Shown piece by piece: positions 60,116 to 64,000 of a stretch of 64,000 bases of DNA. A program made the position numbers and the translations under genes. Where the stretch lies: positions 192,001-256,000 of the forward strand of contig JAWLBL010000008.1 of assembly GCA_041687695.1 (NCBI GenBank), written 5' to 3'. The notes beneath the pieces were generated by a model. The model saw nothing but the letters and a program-made list of their open reading frames with translations, searched no databases and was not told where the DNA came from. The DNA comes from Myxococcota bacterium (GTDB lineage Bacteria > Myxococcota_A > UBA9042 > PHBI01 > JAWLBL01). Each line of letters starts with the position of its first letter. Within the stretch, counting starts at the first letter, position 1.

Positions 60116-61281
60116 GCGTCGCCTACTGGCAGGACCGTTCGGGGCAGGCGGGCGAGGTCGAGGTCGACGTGCTGGTCGTCGGCGCGGGGATCACCGGCTG
60201 CTCCATCGCCTATTGGCTGCGCGGGCAGGGGCTGCGCGTGGCCATCGTGGACCGGGGGGACGTGTGCGCCGGCGCCAGCGGCCGCAACGCCGGCTTCGTC
60301 ACCTGCGGCTCGGTCGAGCACTTCACGCGGCAGGTCGCCCGGCACGGCCGCGCGCTGGCCCGCGAGCTGTGGCGCCACTCGCAGGACAACCTGGCGCTCA
60401 TCCGGTCCGAGGTGGTCGAGCGCGGCCACGCCTGCCACTTCGTCCAGCGCGGCACCTACTCGCTGGCCGGCTCGGACCACGAGCTGGACGAGCTGCGCCG
60501 CTCGGCGGCCCTCATGGCCGAGGAGGGCATCCCGGTCGAGGTGGTCGACCCCGCGCACATCGCCACCCACCTGAACGCCCGCGGCTTCGCCGGCGGCGTC
60601 CTGTACCTCGAGGACGGCGAGGTGCACCCGGTCGCCCTGGTCCGCGCCATCCTGTCGATGGCCGACGCGGCCCTGTACCCGCACCACGAGGTCTTCGCCC
60701 TGGAGGTGCGCGCCGACGACGAGGTCCTGGTCCGCACCCAGCAGCGCACCTTCCGCGCGGGCAGCGTCGTCCTGGCCACCAACGGCTACTCGCACCTCAT
60801 CGACCGCTGGTTCGCCGACAAGATCTACCCCACCCGCGGCCAGATCCTGGTCACCGAGCCCGTCCCGCCGCTGCTCGCCGCCCCCTGCTACGCCAACTTC
60901 GTCCTCGACTACTTCCGGCAGCTCCCCGACGGCCGCGTCCTCATCGGCGGCTTCCGCCAGCTCGAGAAGGAGCGCGAGGTCGGCACGGCCGACGAGCCCA
61001 ACGAGCGCATCCACGCCGCCCTCGAGGCCTTCCTCGAGCGCCACTTCGCCCCCCTGGTCGGCAAGCGCGTCGACTACCGCTGGGCCGGCATCATGGGGTT
61101 CTCCGCCGACGGCCTGCCCCTCATCGGCGCGCTGCCCGGCCGGCCCAACGTCTACTTCTGCGGCGGCTTCACCGGCCACGGCATCGGCCTCGCCTTCAAG
61201 GCCGCCCAGCTGACCGCCCGCCTGATGCTGCACGGCGAGTCGCCCGGCCCCTACGGCGCCCGCCGCTTCGTCGCCGGCTGA
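60112..61281 (+). CDS. FAD-dependent oxidoreductase (DAO/PuuB-like)
   Basis: VVGAGITG, GASGRNAG, VVLATNGY, WAGIMGFSADGLPLIG, GFTGHG; ATGA overlap. Confidence 0.92.
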   Translation: MSVAYWQDRSGQAGEVEVDVLVVGAGITGCSIAYWLRGQGLRVAIVDRGDVCAGASGRNAGFVTCGSVEHFTRQVARHGRALARELWRHSQDNLALIRSEVVERGHACHFVQRGTYSLAGSDHELDELRRSAALMAEEGIPVEVVDPAHIATHLNARGFAGGVLYLEDGEVHPVALVRAILSMADAALYPHHEVFALEVRADDEVLVRTQQRTFRAGSVVLATNGYSHLIDRWFADKIYPTRGQILVTEPVPPLLAAPCYANFVLDYFRQLPDGRVLIGGFRQLEKEREVGTADEPNERIHAALEAFLERHFAPLVGKRVDYRWAGIMGFSADGLPLIGALPGRPNVYFCGGFTGHGIGLAFKAAQLTARLMLHGESPGPYGARRFVAG

Positions 61282-61294
61282 CCCGGCCCCCGCG

Positions 61295-62536
61295 CTACTT
61301 GCTCAGCAGCGGCTCGAGGTGGGTCATCAGATCGCCATGGCCCGAGTTGGTGCTCCACAGGTAGCGCATGTCGACGCCGCGCAGCAGGGCCTCCCAGGGC
61401 AGCCCGATGGTCCCGCCCTGCGCGCCCTGTGCATATGGGTCGATCTTCGCGAAGGTCTCTTGCCAGCCGCCGGTCAGCTCGCCGTGGTCGATCCACACGA
61501 TGGCCGGGTCGACCCCGTGGGCGTCGGCGTAGGCCTTGCAGTACTGCTGCGTCGGCTTGGCGCCGGCCTGATCCTCGCCCAGCACGATCATCACCTCGAG
61601 CCCGTGGGCCTTGTGGCCCTCGTAGTAGGCGCCGATCTGCGGGACCTTCTCGCTGCACACCTGGCACCAGCCCGCCACCGCCGCGATCCACACGGCCTGC
61701 TTGCTGCCGCACAGCGCGTGCAGGCTGCGCGTGTCGCCCAGGCAGTTGGTCAGCGTGAAGTCGCCGATGCGGTCGCCCACCCGGTCCCCGTCGCCGGCGG
61801 GCTCGCACGCGTCGGTCAGGACCTGCTCATCGGCGGTCAGCTCGAAGGCCAACTCGGGCACGCACCAGCTGTCGCCGCCCGCCAGCGGCACCGACGCGAA
61901 GGTCTTGGGGTCGATGTAGACCTCGCGCAGCCGGGCGCCCTCGACGCGCCCCTTCAGCGCCTGCCCGTCGCCGCCCCCCGCGGCGGGCAGGGCGTCGATG
62001 TGGACCGTGCCGGCGTCGGCCAGGAAGGTGCGCGCGCAGCCCAGCGGGCTACAGCCCTTGTAGGCCAGCAGGCACAGGCCGCAGTCGGCGTAGTTGCTGC
62101 CCGTCAGATCGTAGGCGCCGGGGCCGGTCGGCCCGTCGTGGCCGTCGCCCAGCAAGGCCTCGAGGACCAGCCGGTCCTTCGAGGGCAGCGCCTGGGCCTC
62201 GTAGCGCAGCACGGGCGAGACCGCGCCGCTCTTCAGGGTGGCGGTGCCGCTGGCCGCCGCGAAGCCGGTGAAGTCGCACGAGGCGGCCGCCTCGCAGGCG
62301 CCGGCCACACACACGGCGCCGCCCTCGCAGCTGCCGCAGGGGTTGCCGCAGGGGTCGGTGCCGCAGACCGCCGCGCCGCAGGTGCACCCGTCGGCGCCCT
62401 GGCCCTCGTCGTGGGCGGCGGTGTCGGGCGCGCCTGCTCCGCCCCCCGAGGCCCCGCCGCAGCCGGTAGCCCCGGCCAGGCTCAGCGCCACGAGTGAAGC
62501 GAGGGCGAGGACGACGGCGAGCGGGTGCGAGCGCAT
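61295..62536 (-). CDS. Lipoprotein with a Cys-rich linker and a C-terminal redoxin (thioredoxin-fold) domain
   Basis: Lipobox ATGC; CGTDPCGNPCGSC; GDRIGDFTL, AGWCQVC, GLP; AGGAG RBS. Confidence 0.8.
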   Translation of the reverse strand: MRSHPLAVVLALASLVALSLAGATGCGGASGGGAGAPDTAAHDEGQGADGCTCGAAVCGTDPCGNPCGSCEGGAVCVAGACEAAASCDFTGFAAASGTATLKSGAVSPVLRYEAQALPSKDRLVLEALLGDGHDGPTGPGAYDLTGSNYADCGLCLLAYKGCSPLGCARTFLADAGTVHIDALPAAGGGDGQALKGRVEGARLREVYIDPKTFASVPLAGGDSWCVPELAFELTADEQVLTDACEPAGDGDRVGDRIGDFTLTNCLGDTRSLHALCGSKQAVWIAAVAGWCQVCSEKVPQIGAYYEGHKAHGLEVMIVLGEDQAGAKPTQQYCKAYADAHGVDPAIVWIDHGELTGGWQETFAKIDPYAQGAQGGTIGLPWEALLRGVDMRYLWSTNSGHGDLMTHLEPLLSK

Positions 62537-62674
62537 GGGACGTCTCCTGGGCGGGCGGGCGAGCATAGGCCGTGCCCCCGGCCGGCTCAAGTCGACGCCC
62601 GGCGCCTTTACAGCGGTCACCCCTGGGGGCATCCATGGCTTGGGCCCGCTCCTCGCCCCACCCCCGGAGGTCCC

Positions 62675-64000
62675 GTGACCCGCGCCCCCGCACCCTTGTC
62701 CATCGACGACCTGCTCGGCCTGGTCGACGCGGTCGCCCGCCACCTGGGCGATCTGGGCGGCGAGCGCGGCCCCGACCTGGCGGGCCTCCCCGGCGCCTTC
62801 GTCGGCCGCTTCGCCGACGGCTGCGAGCTGCAGGTGACCTTCGGCGGCGCCAGCGCCGAGCCCGAGGTGGCGCGCCACGCCGCCGGCGAGTCCCTCGAAG
62901 GGCTGGACGCCGTGCTCGAGGTGCCCCTGGCGGCCAGCGGCGGCCCCGAGGGCGTCCTGCGCCTGGGCCGTCAGCGCCCCTTCGCCCCCGAGGAGGTCCG
63001 CCTCGCCCAGACCCTGGGCCGCCGCATCGCCGGCTCGCTCGCCATCCGCCAGCTGGCGATCGACCGCGCCCGCCTGGCCGACGCCCTCGAGGCCGAGCGC
63101 GCCCGCCTCGAGGCCGTCATCCGCCAGATGCCGGGCGGCGTGGTCCTGGTCGGCGCGTCGGGCGAGATCCTGCTCAGCAACGACCGCATCGGTCAGGCGC
63201 TGGGGGTCCCCATCCCCGACCGCCCGCACCTGGCCGACTACGAGGGGCTGCCGCTCGTCCGCCCCGACGGCGCGCCGTTGCCCTTCGACGCCTGGCCGCT
63301 GACCCGCGCCCTGCGCGAGGGCGTCGAGGTGCACGACCAGCTGGGCATCCGCCGCCCCGACGGCACGGTGGGCACCCTCCGCGTCGACGCCGCGCCCGTG
63401 CGCGACCGGCTGGGCGAGGTCATCGCCGCCGTCGCCGTCATGAGCGACGTCAGCGAGACGGCGCGCCTCATCGAGGAGGTGCGCGAGGCCGTGCACACGC
63501 GCGAGAAGACGCTGTCCATCGTCTCGCACGACCTCAAGAACCCGCTGCAGGTCGTGGTCTGGAACGCGCGGCAGCTGCGCCGGCACGCCGACAAGGGCGA
63601 CTCGGTCCCCTCCGACACCGTCCGGCGCATCGCCGAGTGGTTCGAGGGCGCGAGCCGCAAGATGACCACCATCGTCGACGATCTGCTGGACGCGTCGCGG
63701 CTGCAGGCGGGCAAGCGGCTGCAGCTCGAGCTGAACCTGGTCGATCTGGTGCCGCTGGTGCGCCGGGTGGCCGACGAGCTGCAGCAGGACACCAGCCGCC
63801 ACACGCTGACGCTGACCAGCGGGCCGGGCGAGGTGGTGGGCCGCTGGGACGAGCAGCGGCTCGAGCGCGTGCTGGGCAACGTCATCGGCAACGCCATCAA
63901 GTACAGCCCGCAGGGTGGGGCGGTGCGCCTGACGGTCGAGCAGACCCCGGCGACCGCGGCCGACGGGCCCGATCACCCCGGCTGGGCGGTGGTGCGGGTG
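62675..64000 (+). CDS. PAS-containing sensor histidine kinase, truncated by the window end
   Basis: GTG after GGAGG; in-frame LEAVIRQMPGGVVLV (PAS), IVSHDLKNPL (H-box), GNVIGNAIKYSP (N-box). Confidence 0.9.
   Translation, partial: MTRAPAPLSIDDLLGLVDAVARHLGDLGGERGPDLAGLPGAFVGRFADGCELQVTFGGASAEPEVARHAAGESLEGLDAVLEVPLAASGGPEGVLRLGRQRPFAPEEVRLAQTLGRRIAGSLAIRQLAIDRARLADALEAERARLEAVIRQMPGGVVLVGASGEILLSNDRIGQALGVPIPDRPHLADYEGLPLVRPDGAPLPFDAWPLTRALREGVEVHDQLGIRRPDGTVGTLRVDAAPVRDRLGEVIAAVAVMSDVSETARLIEEVREAVHTREKTLSIVSHDLKNPLQVVVWNARQLRRHADKGDSVPSDTVRRIAEWFEGASRKMTTIVDDLLDASRLQAGKRLQLELNLVDLVPLVRRVADELQQDTSRHTLTLTSGPGEVVGRWDEQRLERVLGNVIGNAIKYSPQGGAVRLTVEQTPATAADGPDHPGWAVVRV

Noticed and set aside
61295..63976. 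893-aa minus-strand ORF as a single gene
   Set aside because: Its first ~480 aa are antisense to the plus-strand histidine kinase; the real gene starts at ATG 62536 with an RBS and signal peptide.

Overview
Very GC-rich bacterial chromosomal window, most consistent with Myxococcota: three clustered bactofilins, many Cys-rich lipoproteins, a zinc-ribbon/double-FHA protein and a sigma54 response regulator. About 57 CDS are supported; most long ORFs in the supplied track are opposite-strand or off-frame shadows. Housekeeping genes include rpsT, fdxA, ahcY, folK, mnmG, cpoB/pal, pyrE and pssA. No rRNA, tRNA or CRISPR array was seen. Two regions stand out. (1) A tightly coupled minus-strand operon (9207->3885) behind an Rrf2/IscR-like palindrome. 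It encodes what looks like a split E1/ThiF: an active subunit fused to TusA but lacking the N-terminal Arg-finger helix, and a small degenerate subunit that keeps only that helix. It also encodes a GG-R-capped ubiquitin-like carrier, a JAMM peptidase, a CX8CX2C radical SAM enzyme, an SLC13 transporter and a USP. (2) A ~2.1-kb unit (54282-56427) in which a DUF222-like HNH nuclease gene sits between ~89-bp inverted repeats and opposing arrays of a 21-25-bp palindrome-containing repeat, followed by a long hairpin and a C-run tract. Also notable: an HMG-CoA reductase-prenyltransferase fusion, a divergent alarmone-synthetase-like protein, two tandem giant Cys/Gly-rich lipoprotein paralogs and a repeat-bearing P460-like cytochrome. 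All family calls come from motif recognition by eye; no database searches were run.
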